A stretch of DNA of 64,000 nucleotides, from the NCBI GenBank assembly GCA_951406725.2, contig OX597815.1, positions 175,708,001 through 175,772,000 on the forward strand, written 5' to 3'. Positions 1-13,880 of the stretch are shown here, in pieces (position 1 is the stretch's first letter; the number at the start of each line of letters is the position of its first letter). A program made the translations under genes and the position numbers. The notes under the pieces are model-generated. The model did no database searches and was not told where the DNA came from. It saw nothing but the letters and a program-made list of their open reading frames with translations. Origin of the DNA: Octopus vulgaris. Lineage: Eukaryota.

Positions 1-72
1 AATATTTTGGGAAACTAGTATCTGTGATATTTACTTCTCAAATGATATCAAACTTTTGGAAACACCTTGTGT

Positions 73-103
<31 letters not shown>

Positions 104-368
104 TACTATATACGTATCTTTTATCTTTCACTTGTTTCAGTCATTGGATAGCAGCCATGCATGTATGAATTCCACTGTAATACGATCCATACGCACTTCA
201 CAGTTCCAGTGTGATCAAATATAGACGCAGATATAGCTTATGATCATACATACATGCGCATGTGTGTATACATGCGTATGTGTGAATACACACACGCATA
301 CAGATATGTACTTATATATATATATATATATATACATACATGTGCGCGTGCGTGTATCCTTTAAATTT

Positions 369-416
<48 letters not shown>

Positions 417-600
417 CATGTGCGCGTGCGTGTATGTAGATATGTATACATGGGTACATATGTTTGTGTGTATGGAGTTATATGTGTATGTGTGCGTATC
501 TATGTAAGCGTGTGTTTATGTGTGTGCGTGTATGTGTCTGTACGTACGTACGTATCTGCACTTTTGTCTTTCGTCTCAGCCAAATTACAGCAATCGATTT

Positions 601-812
601 CAAATTTTGGCACAAGGCCAGTAGTCTCAGTGGAGGGGAAGAAGTAGATTACATTGATCCCAGTATTTAACTGGTATTTGGTTTCATCCACTCCGAAAGT
701 ATGAAAGAGAAAGTGGACCCGCGGTGGCATTGGAGGTCAGAACGCAAAGTCGGAAGAAATGCATCTAAGCATTTTGTCCGGTACGTTATCTATTCTGCCA
801 GTTCGCCGCCTT
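601..812 (-). mobile_element. tRNA-derived SINE, group M (central cctttcatcctttcggggtcgataaa domain), diverged copy
   Basis: Reverse complement begins aggcggcgaactggcagaat and aligns by eye to the copies at 19172 and 23968. Confidence 0.8.
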
Positions 813-844
813 AGATTGAAATAGAAATACTGACCCACTGTTAG

Positions 845-900
<56 letters not shown>

Positions 901-1196
901 TAATAAGGGTAGAAATTGATATTGTGGAAAATAGCGATTTGACGTCTATATCTAGCATGTAGACTGTCTACTTTTCGTGTTCAGTCCTTTAAATTTTGTA
1001 TATATATATATATATATACATGCGCGCGCGTGTATGTAGATATGTATACATGGGTACATATGTTTGTGTGTATGGAGTTATATGTGTATGTGTGCGTATC
1101 TATGTAAGCGTGTGTTTATGTGTGTGCGTGTATGTGTCTTTACGTACGTATCTGCACTTTTGTCTTTCGTCTCAGCCAAATTACAGCAATCGATTT

Positions 1197-1407
1197 CAAA
1201 TTTTGGCACAAGGCCAGTAGTCTCAGTGGAGGGGAAGAAGTAGATTACATCGATCCCAGTATTTAACTGTTACTTGGTTTCACCCACTCCGAAAGTATGA
1301 AAGAGAAAGTGGACCCTCTGGCATTGGAGGTCAGAACGCAAAGTCGGAATGAAATGCATCTAAGCACTTTGTCCGGTACGTTAACTATTCTGCCAGTTCG
1401 CCGCCTT
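1197..1407 (-). mobile_element. Group M SINE, duplicate of 601-812
   Basis: Part of the local duplication. Confidence 0.8.
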
Positions 1408-1489
1408 AGATTGAAATAGAAATACTGACCCACTGTTAGCTATTCTGTTTATTTGTCTAGTGTTTATCATAATTTCTCATATATATATA

Positions 1490-2010
1490 CAAGGTTTACT
1501 AGGAGGACAACACCACACTCTCCGAATTGAGCAGCTGCCTCGAAGACTTTGGAACCCTTTCTGTTGAATTATTCTACAACAACTAATTTAATTATGGCCT
1601 CTGCAGTGAAAGGAGGCGTAACTCTACTTTTCTTTCTTTTCTATTTTCCTTGTTATTTTAGTTTTTCATATCTTTGTTTAACTAGAATCTCATATTCTCT
1701 CGATATCTCTATCTTTCTCTTTCCGCATTTCTGTTTCCCTCTCAAAATATATAAACCTTGCCCTCTGGCCAACTTGAAACGTTCGATCTCTGCAACAATG
1801 CAATGACGTGTTCCCCTCATCATACGTGTATTTATAGCAAAAACAAAAAACAAAAAAACTATTGGAAGCTCTTATCTTTATTGCGTGTACATTGTACATT
1901 AAATGATATATGTGTATATATATATATATATATTCCTATCTCCATCTCTTTAATTGTTTTCTATCCTCTACAGAAGAGCGTAGGCTCGAAACGTCAGAGA
2001 TTTCTTGACA
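1490..2010 (+). mobile_element. Decayed Penelope-like element 3' end and pseudo-LTR
   Basis: KTLEPFLLN resembles the PLE C-terminal TLxPxGLN motif; followed by pyrimidine-rich UTR and a hammerhead-like motif. Confidence 0.45.
1964..2001 (+). ncRNA. Minimal hammerhead ribozyme motif, core mutated
   Basis: ctct-a-CAGAAGA-gcgtaggctc-GAAACGTC-agag; consensus CUGANGA has U4>A here. Confidence 0.5.
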
Positions 2011-2254
2011 AAGACACTCTTGACCAGCGGAACATCCAAGATGTGACGTCTCTAGCGAGAGAGGGAGTTCTCACGTGACTGGAATGATGAAAGGCAAATT
2101 TGAGTTTGACAGGGCTGAAACTTCGAACGCAAAGAGCCGGAGCAAATATCTCAACGCATCCTGACCGACAGTTTATCAACTGTACCAAGGGACGACTGCA
2201 TGCCACTACATCTACATTTCTTTTAAAATGCACACAAATTTACACACGCACGCT

Positions 2255-2291
<37 letters not shown>

Positions 2292-4338
2292 CACGCACGA
2301 ACACATATACATAATGAGAGAGCTACATTGAAAGACGAAAATATGGATTGAAAGGTAGAGGCTTATGAATATTCAGTACAATTTCTATAATATGCAGTAT
2401 AATGCTTAAGGTTGACCAGGCGTCAGTGAGTCGATGTTAGTGAATAGGAGGGCACTCACGAATAGAAAAGACCAAGTGTTAGAAGACAGTGAACAAATTC
2501 ATTTCTCTGTGCCTAGAATGAAAGTGTCACTTCTCGTATGAAGGTGTTTATATTGAGTTTATATTGTTATCAATTAGGCTGGATGTGTATTTGTGTCGGT
2601 ATGTTTATGCGAGATATGTATATTAACTCCTATATATGTTACTTGATGTGTGAATACGTGTGAAATAGCAGGATTTCTTTCCATTCAGCCCATGTGAACG
2701 CGCACGAGTATATGTGGTCATAAGTATATATATGTATGTTGAACTGCTCTCCTTCAACATCTCAAATGTAAGACCTCTTCTCTGAAGACGGAGGCTTGTC
2801 CCATCCTACGATGAAATCGATTTACAAACATTATTAGGGACCTCTCAGCCCCCAGAGACTGCTGTTGGATTTCTAATACTTTTCTTCAATCCTTTTATTT
2901 CTCTTGTTCTCTGGTCCTTTTTATATGTATGCAGATATACCTTTATTTTTTGTATTTCATGTATTTAATATACTTTATATATTGATCCGTCTAACTTGCT
3001 TATCCCTGCATTTACTTCTAAACCCGCTCAAGTGGAAATCTCTTGAGCATCACTAAGTGTATTCTATACGGAGACTATCTGGATCTCATCTATGAACTGT
3101 ATATGTATATATATTTGTGTACATGTGTGTGTGTATATATTTATATATATGTTTGTGTACGCGCGCGCGCGCGTGTGTGTGTAGGTTTGTGAGTATAAAT
3201 ATTTGTCTCTATATCTGTGTGTGAATTTGTTCATATCTGATTGGATTATCATATATGCGTATTTTTATGCGAAAGAAAGATTAACCACTGAAAGACAGAG
3301 CGAAATGGAGAAAAGGAGAGACGAAGAGAGTAAAATTGCTTGAGTAGGAACTAAATCAATCATCAACAAGTTGAGGATTTAGCTCCTCTTTCTAGCAAGT
3401 AGGCTCCTCATGTTCCCTCTGTTATAATTATAAATTTTATTCTCTCGCTATTTAACGCTATCATTGGTTGCTACCACCTATATTTTTGTTGTTATTATCA
3501 ATTATTTATATTTACCGTTGATAGTAATAAAAATAATAATATCTATATGAATATTCGTTTGAATATTTACTCCTTATATATATATAAACAAACGTAAAAT
3601 ATAATTATAAGAAGCAATACAATTATCACACCCTAAATTATAATTCAAACAAGTGAAAAGTTAGCTGCTGTGCGCATTTAAATACTTATAATTAACCACA
3701 CCTATTCAGTATGGTAAAGATGTCTGAAACAACAAAATCAAGAGAGGATCCTGTGTCTATTTAATATACTCAGAAGTTTACTATTTTGACCAGAAGCCTC
3801 AACACCGAATTTCTAATTATTAACCAATGCGATCGACGTCTGAGACGTCTTAATTAATTGGAAAGTAGAAGAGAGTATTTATGGAAATTCTCCACGCTTA
3901 TGAGAGAGGTGAAGTGAGAAAATGCCTGGTAGCCGTGAAGATGAAATTGGAAAACTTGAACTGTCAATATTTTCTAAGGAAGAGTTATTTTTAAAAAAAA
4001 AAAGCCATCATCCATTGTTGATTATTCAGTTGTGTCAATTAGGTTGGAATAAATTAAACAATTGAAGTTGATTTGTTTTACTATATTTGCAATACAAAGA
4101 TCGGACTGCTTTCAAAACCTTAATATTCAGCGTTTTACCAATTATTCAATAAATATTTATGTACTGAGCACAACTAATTAGTCAATATAATACTAAGTTG
4201 CTGATGCAACTTTTGAATTGAAGGGACGTAAGCTTAAATTTTGCGTAGTGTTAAGTAGAACCATTCAGTCCCAACAAGAACCAACATTACAGTTTGAACC
4301 TGGTGCTTTAGATTAACGAGTCTTTAAAACTTAAAATA

Positions 4339-4555
4339 CCTATTTCTTTACTACCCACAAGGGGCTAAACACAGAGAGGACAAACAAGGACAGACAAACG
4401 GATTAAGTCGATTATATTGACCCCAGTGCGTAACTGGTACTTAATTTATCGACCCCGAAAGGATGAAAGGCAAAGTCGACCTCGGCGGAATTTGAACTCA
4501 GAATGTAGCGATAGACGAAATACCGCTGAGCATTTTGCCCGGTGTTCTAACGCTT
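4339..4555 (-). mobile_element. Group M SINE, ccccttgtgggtagtaaagaaatagg tail type
   Basis: Near-identical to 23968-24189; extreme 5' end missing next to the adjacent SINE. Confidence 0.9.
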
Positions 4556-4565
4556 CTTATTTCTT

Positions 4566-4905
4566 GCGCAATGGCCCAGTGGTTAGGGCAGCGGACTCGC
4601 GGTTTCGATTCCCAGACAGGGTGATGTATGTGTTTATTGAGCGAAAACACCTAAAGCTCCACGAGGCTCCGGCAGGGGGTGGTGGCGACCCCTGTTGTAC
4701 TCTTTCGCTCCAACTTTCTCTCACTTTTCTTCCTGTTTCTTGTCCCCGACTTCCTACGCAGCCACTGAGCCTGGATGCGCATTCATCCATCCGTCGATGC
4801 TCTCGGTGTCGGGGGTTGACCTGCTTTCTCTTCTGCGGGTCTTACGAATAGCAAAGGACCACGTTTCGGACTTCTCCCACTAATGGGACGAAGACCGCTT
4901 CGCTC
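4566..4905 (+). mobile_element. tRNA-derived SINE, group H head with tail type 1
   Basis: gcgcaatggcccagtggttagg (A box) and gtttcgattccc (B box); head shared with 49020 and 52146. Confidence 0.85.
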
Positions 4906-5681
4906 AACAAACAAACAAACAAGCAGCAGCATCTTGACATTGGACTTCACTGGATGCACTTTTTGGGGGGTGGGGATATGGAGACATTGAATGCTCCCAT
5001 TGATTTGATTGCTGTTTCATATCTGGGTCATAGCCGTAGCACCGGTTTTCGTCATCAGTGATGAACTTAGAAAAAAAAAAACGGTTTCGATTAACTTCCA
5101 ACTGTTCTTTCAGTTCACCACACGCATTCAGTCACGACTGCTTTTGATCTTCCGTGATGAAGCGTGACACAAATTTTCTTACAACCCTTTTCAATCGCAA
5201 TTCCTCGCTCAAACTTCGTCGGCAGGAATTCCAAGGTACACCAGTCATATCAACAAGTCCGCTAATTGTTCGGCGACGGTTCTACAAGATCGGTTTATGG
5301 ATTTTCGTGATGTTCCCATTCGTTTAGGAGGTTGACAGACGTCCTTAACAAGGTTGGCCTCCAAGCGACAAGTGGGAAAACCACTCGTAAACTTGTGTTT
5401 TGCTCATGGCAGAATCCTTGTAAGTTGTTTCAAGCAGGAAAACTTTTCCTGCAGAAAACAGAATCTCACGGAAACACGCCGTCCCTTCGTTTCAGCCATC
5501 GCAAAACTCGACGAACTGGGGAGAAGCACTGCAAAACAAATACACACCACGTGACAGTACGACGACTTCACTGGACGATACTTGAGGGTTGTATCAAGTG
5601 GCTTCTAGCGGCGGAAGCCTGAACTACAACGGGCTTGTTCCATAGAGAATATTTCCGGTTACTTTTGGGCATCCCCTCGTA
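4905..5681 (-). mobile_element. Mariner transposon 5' half with pseudogenised transposase
   Basis: Terminus TA-cgaggggatgcccaaaagtaacc on minus strand; ITDDENRCYGYDPDMKQQSNQW matches mariner ITGDETW.Y.YDPE.K.QS..W. Confidence 0.9.
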
Positions 5682-5918
5682 TATAAGAACATTAGATGCA
5701 GTTTAAACAAGAAAAAATAATATGAAAATATCAATAAATTGACAGGCGACATCTCATTCACCACTGTAAGACAAAGACGTAAAATCTCTGACGAAGTTTT
5801 TATTTTCTCTCTTATGTTTGAGTTTGGTACTTGCGATATGTTGTATGAAGCTGCGTGGAACATCACAGCAGTTAATTGAAACCAGTGTAAATGACAAACC
5901 AATATAAATATAACTGAG

Positions 5919-6290
5919 CGGCACCTTTGTCAAGTGTCTTCCGCTATAGCCCCAGCCCAGCTAATGCTTTGTGAGGGAATTTGGCTCACGAAAACTACAT
6001 GGAAGCCCGTCGTATGTGTCTATACATGTCTGTTGTGTATGCATGTGTGTATGCGAGCTTGTGTCTTTGTGTTTGTCCCATCCAGTCACCGCTCGACAAC
6101 CGGTATCTGTTTGTTTACGTTCCCGAAAGCTAGCGGTTCATCAAAAGTCATTAACAGAATGAGTACCAGACTTTAAAAAATAGTAATGGGGTCGATTTGT
6201 TCGACTGAACCCTTGAAGGTGATGCTTCAGCATGGTTGAGCTTTAATGCATGAAACAAAAACAAAAAAAGTGAAAAGGAAAAGAATGTAA
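5919..6290 (+). mobile_element. Group C (CORE-like) SINE, old 5'-truncated copy
   Basis: Aligns by eye to 41698-42110. Confidence 0.8.
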
Positions 6291-7071
6291 CTGTATAGAT
6301 TTAAGACAAATCACGCTTCCATGAAAGTAAAATTGCTAAAAATTTATAAACCATTCAATCTCTGGCACATTATAGGATCTAAATGGGATCAACTTGTTGT
6401 TTGTGTTTAACAAATTTATTTAAAAATATATAATGTTGAAAATTAATGGGCAAAGAAGAAATTATTTTCGCATCACAAATAAATGTAAATGTATATTTAG
6501 ATACATAGGAGGCCCAATAGATAATTAATGGTAAACTCTAAATAATTCATACAGAAAATTTATGCAAAAGACTTAGAACTAAAGAGTTAATATTTAGACG
6601 TAAATAACAGTTTAAAAATGTGAAAATAACCAAATTTGTTGATTAAATGATATAAGAAATTATAATTCGTTACCTGGGGAATAACGAGATATTACTATCA
6701 AAATATTCTACTTTACAATACCCATAGATTGACAAAACACTAAAATTAAATTTATTCTAGAGTGTTATGGAAATTTCCCGTCATTAGCATATTTTTAGTA
6801 TCAGTGACACTTCGTGAACACATACATTTAGAACGCATACACAGGCACAAGTGTGTATATGTTCTAAATGGGCGAGATATATTCATGCACGTGGTCTCCA
6901 GTGGTTGTTTGGAACAACGTCTGTGAATATTTCACGCCACAATCATCGTCATTGAAGTAATTGTCTCTCACCGAAGATGTTTAGCAATTTGCATTTCTCA
7001 ATAAAGGCGTTCTAAGTATTGGTTCAAGGGAGGTTAACATATAAATCGGTCGTCTCCGAAATTATTATAAA

Positions 7072-7900
7072 CTAGCCAAATAACCCGGCATTGCCCGGGT
7101 TACTGCTGTTCTTATTCAGATTAGTAAACAATAAATATAAAGATATATTTTCATAATTTATTAAAACAAAAAATCCAATTTGTAATGATAATAGAATTTA
7201 GAACCGAAAATCTGTCAATGTTGAAAGCTCTCGAGATAAACAATATTCATTGAGTAGTTTTTTGTGGGTGTCGGAATGAATAAACTAGAGAGCAAGCAAC
7301 ATAAAGTTGGCCGTGGGAGAAGCATGAGGGATTGACCCTGAGAATTGTTAATTGAAATACCAAATCTAAGTTTGACTAGAAACTGAAGCCTCTTAAATTC
7401 AAATGGAACATCTGTAGGTATGAGAGGAATTTTTGGAATAAAGACATTTTCTCCTTTGTGACTACCTGTTATGATTGCTGCCCATAGGACATGGGGCTTC
7501 ATGGAAGTAACAATTAAGCGAGTTCCATGACACCAGGCGAGGTGAGTCAAGATTCCTAAGCAACATAATGAGAGCACCCAGTTTTAGTGTCAAGTTATAC
7601 GGTGGCATCCCAGTGGGTTTAAGTGTGTTCAGAAGTTCAACAGGGTATTGAACTGCCTGATCTTGATCGACTGTTGTCGGTTGATCGAAAAGTCATTTCT
7701 GATGTACCTGTTAATGATTGAGTTAAATCAGCCATTTCATTAGTTGGGTCCAGTATAGCTCTTTCACTTAGCCAGTTTACATCAGTGAAATTGACAGATA
7801 AATTGGGAAACACTTTATCCATAAGATCCCTAAGAGAAAGTATCATTTGGCCGCATCTAATTTCATGTAGGTGAAGTATTCTTCACCTATATATATATAT
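7072..7900 (-). mobile_element. Internally deleted Helitron with PIF1-family helicase remnant
   Basis: 3' hairpin aacccgggcaatgccgggtt then CTAG|T; GTRLIV, VFIPKIPLIPTDVPFEFKRLQF, ISINNSQGQSL and WLSERAIL motifs, frameshifted. Confidence 0.92.
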
Positions 7901-8762
7901 ATAAATCCAAATTTAGGGAGGGGAGTTGGACACACCATCTGCAACCATTCGCTGCTCTCATTACATACTCGATAATACAGTCGTCTGAATTGCCTCCAAA
8001 AATCGAAGTCGAATCATTTCCTCACTGCATGAGATTTGGCACTATTCTTTTCAGGTGTGTATTCATGCTTTAATCAAACGTATTATAAAGAAAAGACCTG
8101 GCGAAAGTAATCCGTTTTAATTAAAATATAGTCGAGAGGTCGTGTAATATGTTGTATTTAGTATTTGAGAATATGGCGAAATTTGCCCCTGCATTTGTAT
8201 ATATAAGAGATGTGGAAATTCGTTGGAAAGAAAGTCAATTTTCTGGATGATGGAAGAACATAATGCTGGGTCATTGAAAACTACATGTTAATTGAACAGC
8301 TTACTTCTATACATGGGAAAATCGATTTCTCAAACAAAATACCAGTTCTTCAAATATGAACACACCCACTTAACGACCGAAACAAGATCTGATGTTTAGA
8401 CAGCTGAACTAAGTGTATTAAAAGCAATTCAGCTTAATACTTATACCGGAAATTGAAAAACTTTTTCAAATTTGAAATTTACAGTGTTTGTTGATTACAA
8501 GTGAAGGTGGATGTCGCTTGAGAGGCAGCTGCAAATTTTTAAGACAGAACGGGCAGAAAGAGCGGTGAGTATACATACATACTTGTACATACGTACATAC
8601 ATGCATACACACGCACACACAACACAGACATATACAATGCATACATATGTCCATACACACACACATGCATATAACTACCAACCCCGACCCCGCACACATC
8701 TATTTATTGGTTTGTTTACCTTAGAGCCCTTCGTAATATATGTACAATTGCTGACACCTCAG

Positions 8763-8815
<53 letters not shown>

Positions 8816-9354
8816 CATTCGACGTAATGAATATTATGAGTTTGGTTTTCTAAGGAACTTCTTTTCATTTAATGTTTTTTCTTGTTTACGTGATCTTCAT
8901 CTTTCTGTCGATGGATCATTAGAATATTTTATTGAACCGAATTCACAATTCAGTATAGTTTATTCAGTGATAAAATTAATTACGTTTGAAATTTGTTCTA
9001 CAAATCCTGCGCGAAGGGTGAAAAGATGCTTGTGTTTTACAACGGCACTCGGAAATCATGCATGCATACATATATATATATATGTATTTATGAATATATG
9101 TATGCATATATATATATGTATACACACACACACACATCATATATGTATAGCCTGAAGTGCCATTGAATGAAAAAGCTTTGTCGTCAAAAAATTCCATTAG
9201 TTTTGGTTGACATTTTGAAGTTAGTTTCTGAAGTTTTTGAACAAACATTTTTCTGAGAGAATCAAACTTCTGGAAATTAGTAGGAGTGCATTCTTGATTT
9301 TTAATTTTGTCGGAACCAGTAAAACTCGATCCTATAATTCATGAATAAGCTATA

Positions 9355-9642
9355 CTGGTTCTCCGTCGGCTACGACGACAAGTGTTTCAGTTGAACCGAT
9401 CAACGGAACAGCCCGCTAGTGTAATTATCTCGAAATTGTTGAGCATTCCTCAGATACGTGTACTCTTAAGGCAGTTCTCAGGGAGATGCAGAATGTGACA
9501 AGGCTCGACCTTTGAAATGCAGGTACAACTCATTTTCGTCAGTTGAACGGACTGGAGCAATCTGAAATAAAGTGTCTTGCTCAAGGAGACAATGCACTCC
9601 TGAGGATCGAACTCATAACCTTACGATCGTAAGCCGAATACG
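9355..9642 (-). mobile_element. SINE with CORE-like head and tail type 2
   Basis: ccttgagcaagacactttatttca CORE-like block; tail matches 49200-49384. Confidence 0.8.
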
Positions 9643-11518
9643 AAGCTAGCATTGGTATTTGTACGGCCTGCCGGAGGGTACATGAAATATCCTTGAATAC
9701 GAAACTACACATACAACATGAGGCTTTGTATGTGATGGAGTCTTCTTGCAGCGTTGTAGCACGGCGTGAAAGTACCTTAAATCCAAAATGTCCGTCTTTC
9801 ATCATGCATTAGCTGCTCGTTTCTCTTTTGAAGTTAAACATCAATGCATAAACAATTGACTTTAGAAAACCCATGAACTTGGAAAATATGCGAAAAGAAT
9901 GTTCTCCTAGTTCAGTTGTTGCATCAAAGAAGCATTATTTGGTTCTCTTTCTTTTAATTTGTGATGGTTGAAAGCTCAATAATTCTTGAGAGCAATATTC
10001 TCTGCAAGAATGGTTTTAGGTAATCTTCGATTAAACACTAAATCAATGATTTGATGCAGAGGAGAGATAAACCCTTTCCTAACGGAGATGTCATTCTGCA
10101 GCAGATGCTTCGCCACTCATAGGTGAACAGTAAAGTTCAGCCACCTGCTGCTGGCACAGCTCCTCCAGCTGTCACAGTCACAGTCACAATACTTTGCCGA
10201 ATCCAAGAACCGGAAGAACAAACAGTGTCCTTCTCTCTTCCTCTCTGCTCGTGACTACATGGGTATTGTACAAGCCACCAGTTCATATTTGCTTGCAAAT
10301 AACGAATGCTGTGTCATATGTGTGTGTGTGGCATTACCATTACTGCAGACAATTCGCAACTAAACAATCGTAATGTACTTGATGGAAATGTACACCAAAC
10401 GGTTACAAGACATTCGTGATGTTACTTCAGACGCACCCGATGAACCGTGACACGCTACTACCCCTTCCATCCCTTCTATTTACAGGTTAGAATATCCTAT
10501 GATGACCAATGTTTATTGCTTTCGAAATGTACAGCATCTTCATCGGAATTTTCGGTCTAATCTCGATATGGGACAAATCGCATTCGATGCATGTTTTAAT
10601 GATCAATTATCGAGTCATCGATATTTTCTATACAAACCGTGTTTATGCGAGGGACTAACAACCAACTCTGCTTTTTAACTTAATCCCTCGACTGATCCTA
10701 CTACATATTACTTATATGTGTGTGCATGTGTGTGTGTGTGTGTGCACATATACACACACACACATGTAATTTAGATTTTTTGTATATAAAAAATAATGGG
10801 CAGAAATATTTTTCGATTAGATTACTATCATTAAAAGTACACAAGAATATTTATGACCGTTGTTCTAGTTTTTATTTATTTGAATTTTGTATTTGAGTTT
10901 TTGAATTATATTTTAAAATTATTGACGCTCGCGCTTACAAACATGCTTAATGCAGTATTTTCTTGGAATTAAAAATCCTTCCATGTAATTTTGTTTAATT
11001 TTGTCAAATATTTCCCCGAAGAAATTCATAACCATAAATATGACTTTTTTTAAAATTCATTATTGGGTAGGAATCGAAACAATTTGTGGGATTAATATTT
11101 GTATTTTAATTCGTATTCATATTATATTTATTGTAATATAATATTATATTAATAAATTATATTTAAAATATGTCAATCGTAAATATCTTTTTGTATATTG
11201 AATACACACACACACATATATATGAAAGAGAATTTGTTTTAGAAAATGCACACGACTTTGAAAATTTTGTACTTTTCTTTAAATAAATTTCCTTACATAG
11301 CAAACTAGTTTCAACGATTTTTTGTTTATCAATGTTACAAATGTAAATAATGCAATGAAATTTTAACAGAATTTAAAATTATGGAGTAGAAAACAGGATT
11401 AAAAGTTCACAAAATTCAATGACAGGGGTAAAGAATATTTAAAAAAAAAAAGATCGGTGAAGAATCTAAAAAATGTGGATTACTGAAAGTTCGGTCATAT
11501 TGTGTTATAGAATACGTG

Positions 11519-11566
<48 letters not shown>

Positions 11567-11609
11567 AGAAAAGGGTTTTTTGCACAGTTTCTGTCGTCTT
11601 GCGTGTAGT

Positions 11610-11730
11610 TTTTTTTCCATCGCATGTGTGTCTTTGTCCCCAACCATCGCTTGACAGCCGGTGTTCGTTTGTTTACGTCCCCGTAACGTTAGCGGTTCGA
11701 GAAGTTAGAACAAGTTCCATGCTTATATAA
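11610..11730 (+). mobile_element. Group C SINE 3' fragment
   Basis: tcgcttgacagccggtgttcgtttgtttacgtccccgtaac matches 41920-41980. Confidence 0.75.
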
Positions 11731-11759
11731 AAAAAGGATGATATGCACACCTGAAATAC

Positions 11760-12600
11760 CTTTCCGCTGCTCCTAACTGGCACAAACAAACAGCGGCAGG
11801 CATGGCTTCCCTCTCGGGGACCTACGTTTCTTGTATTCTACTTATTCTACCATAGAGAAGCGAATAATACAAGAGCACAAACAAATAATATACACAAGGT
11901 ACGTCGATGATATACGTAGTTGCAATGCACACATTAAAGGAAGTTGAGAATCTAATGGAAGGCTCAGAAAAGAAATGCGCACTAAAATTAACACCTTGAA
12001 GAATATAAACGCGAAATCGTTTTTAAAGACAAACAGATACATTATACCAGTAGACACTAAAGAATCAAAGAAATATATATAGCTATACGGAGACGGTGAA
12101 TGCAAACACGACTATAGGATGTCAATGGTAAAATCATTCCTCAGAAGAGTATTTATATTCTTGTCTCCAAACAATTCACTAGAGAGAACAAATACATAAT
12201 ATAAAGCCAACATTCGAACCATAGAAGAATACAGACGCAAATACACAGCAGAGAATACAGCAAACTGAAAGGCTCACACCGAATATAACATTTATTACAC
12301 GAATCAAATGCGTAAAAACTATTGAACAGACAAACATAATCCTAACCTTTGTTAAACGGAACACAAAGCGCATGACAATCAAACATAACCTAATAATATA
12401 CGAAAACTAAAATCTTCTTTACCGATAACACACCACAAACATGTAACCTGAGAGCAAGATACGAATAACAAAATCGATATATTTGATTGTAAAACTGAAA
12501 GTTTCAAACTTCAAGACGATAGCTGTTACATAGGACGTAGTGATACAATATTCTTTTGTCGGCTCAGCATGGACTCACAACTTGAAGTTATTACAAAACA
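11760..12600 (+). mobile_element. Heavily decayed Penelope-like RT and GIY-YIG endonuclease
   Basis: QTAAGMASLSG resembles QxxGxAMGSPL; RYVDDI at about 11897-11914; DSCYIGRS at about 12520. Confidence 0.65.
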
Positions 12601-13283
12601 TTATATCATACGCCACAAAACAAAAGTAAAAAAAAAGAAGTTTTTAACGGTGGAATACGAGGTATAATATACAGCTATCTATAATAACGAGCAGAATGTT
12701 GGGCTAGAAATTTTTTGAATGGAAAATTAGATGGCTGCCCGTGGGACACGAAATCCCATCTTCTGCACATGACAGACGTTCTAACCATTATACCAAAGCA
12801 TCCCATCAAATTTTCATCTTCCGTTTTAGAAGCTTTATTCTTACTAGTAAACAAGGTACGTTGGCTTCTTAACCCAATATTCTGCGCAACTATTTATAGC
12901 GTTATCTGCTTCGAGTTCCAACGTTAAAAAGTGATATATTTCACGTTCTCTCGATGTAAACAACATAAAATTAGGATATAAGCAACATACAATTCTTGGA
13001 GGTAAAAACGAAGGATTACTTTGGTAGAATAGTTAAAACGTTTGTCATGTTTACAGGTGTGAGCGCAACTCCTACGGGCAGTCTTGGACTTTTAAATTCT
13101 TGATATATTGGATCAATATTCTTCTACACTCTATTATTTATAGCTGTATCTCCTTCGAATTTCACCGTTAAAATTATATATGTTCGTGTGTGTGTGTATG
13201 TGTGTGTGTGTTAGCTTGTGTCTGCGCTCATGTAGATTCCACACTCTTTATCTCTCACATTCATATAAGTGATAACGGCTTAC

Positions 13284-13344
13284 ATTTTCTCTCGCTGAGC
13301 ATTCTTCCTTCATTCATCCAAATACAATGGGTCCTGCTGACGCT
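13284..13344 (-). other. Candidate exon (61 nt), cytoplasmic tail
   Basis: tgtattgcAG|...aaat|GTaagc; reading frame ambiguous. Confidence 0.45.
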
Positions 13345-13438
13345 CTGCAATACATCATAAAATTGCTTTGAGAATCATAAAAGAGATGAAGTTTGTCATC
13401 AGCTTGAAATACAATTTACTTTAAGAACCGGGTAGAAT

Positions 13439-13496
<58 letters not shown>

Positions 13497-13746
13497 TAAA
13501 TACAAGGCATATAACACATGCATGAGATCAAGATAGACGTTCAAATTATATTCCATTTGGTTATGTTTCATTTCATAATTATTATCCCTACTTCCGGGTT
13601 TGTAAAACTTGAAAGTTTTGAAGATCGTAACTAATTGTAAGACTGTAACTAAATTAGAATTTCGCTTTTGCTACTTTTAAGATTACCATTCGCTAGTAAA
13701 GCTTGAATAGATTCCTATGAGCATAGCCGACATTCAAGCCACTTAC

Positions 13747-13806
13747 CTGCATTTGGTGACGCAGAAACTATGCTGTACCATTCGAGATGAAAACTCCAAA
13801 TGTGTT
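13747..13806 (-). other. Candidate exon (60 nt)
   Basis: cacttacAG|...cag|GTAAGT; phase 2 reads THLEFSSRMVQHSFCVTKC, in frame with the TM exon. Confidence 0.55.
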
Positions 13807-13880
13807 CTGTAAGTGACGATGACTTCAACTTGTAATTAGCAAATGAATTCTTATGCGCGGTGAGCGTATTTTTGAATAAC

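Larger units (their letters stand above)
357..1443. repeat. Local direct duplication (357-848 and 985-1443), each copy containing microsatellite plus a SINE
   Basis: Both copies run from tcctttaaattttg(TA)n to cactgttagctat with only scattered differences. Confidence 0.95.

Noticed and set aside
24-730. ORFs rich in YI, CV, HT or LS repeats here and at 8511, 14291, 21474, 24828, 50249-51079 and 52309
   Set aside because: They are translations of dinucleotide and tetranucleotide microsatellites
2778-2872. ctgaagac...cagagactgctgtt hammerhead-like layout
   Set aside because: The GAAA core and stems are too degenerate to support a call
6660-6740. ttacctg donor-like signal on the minus strand
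   Set aside because: No convincing partner acceptor or open frame
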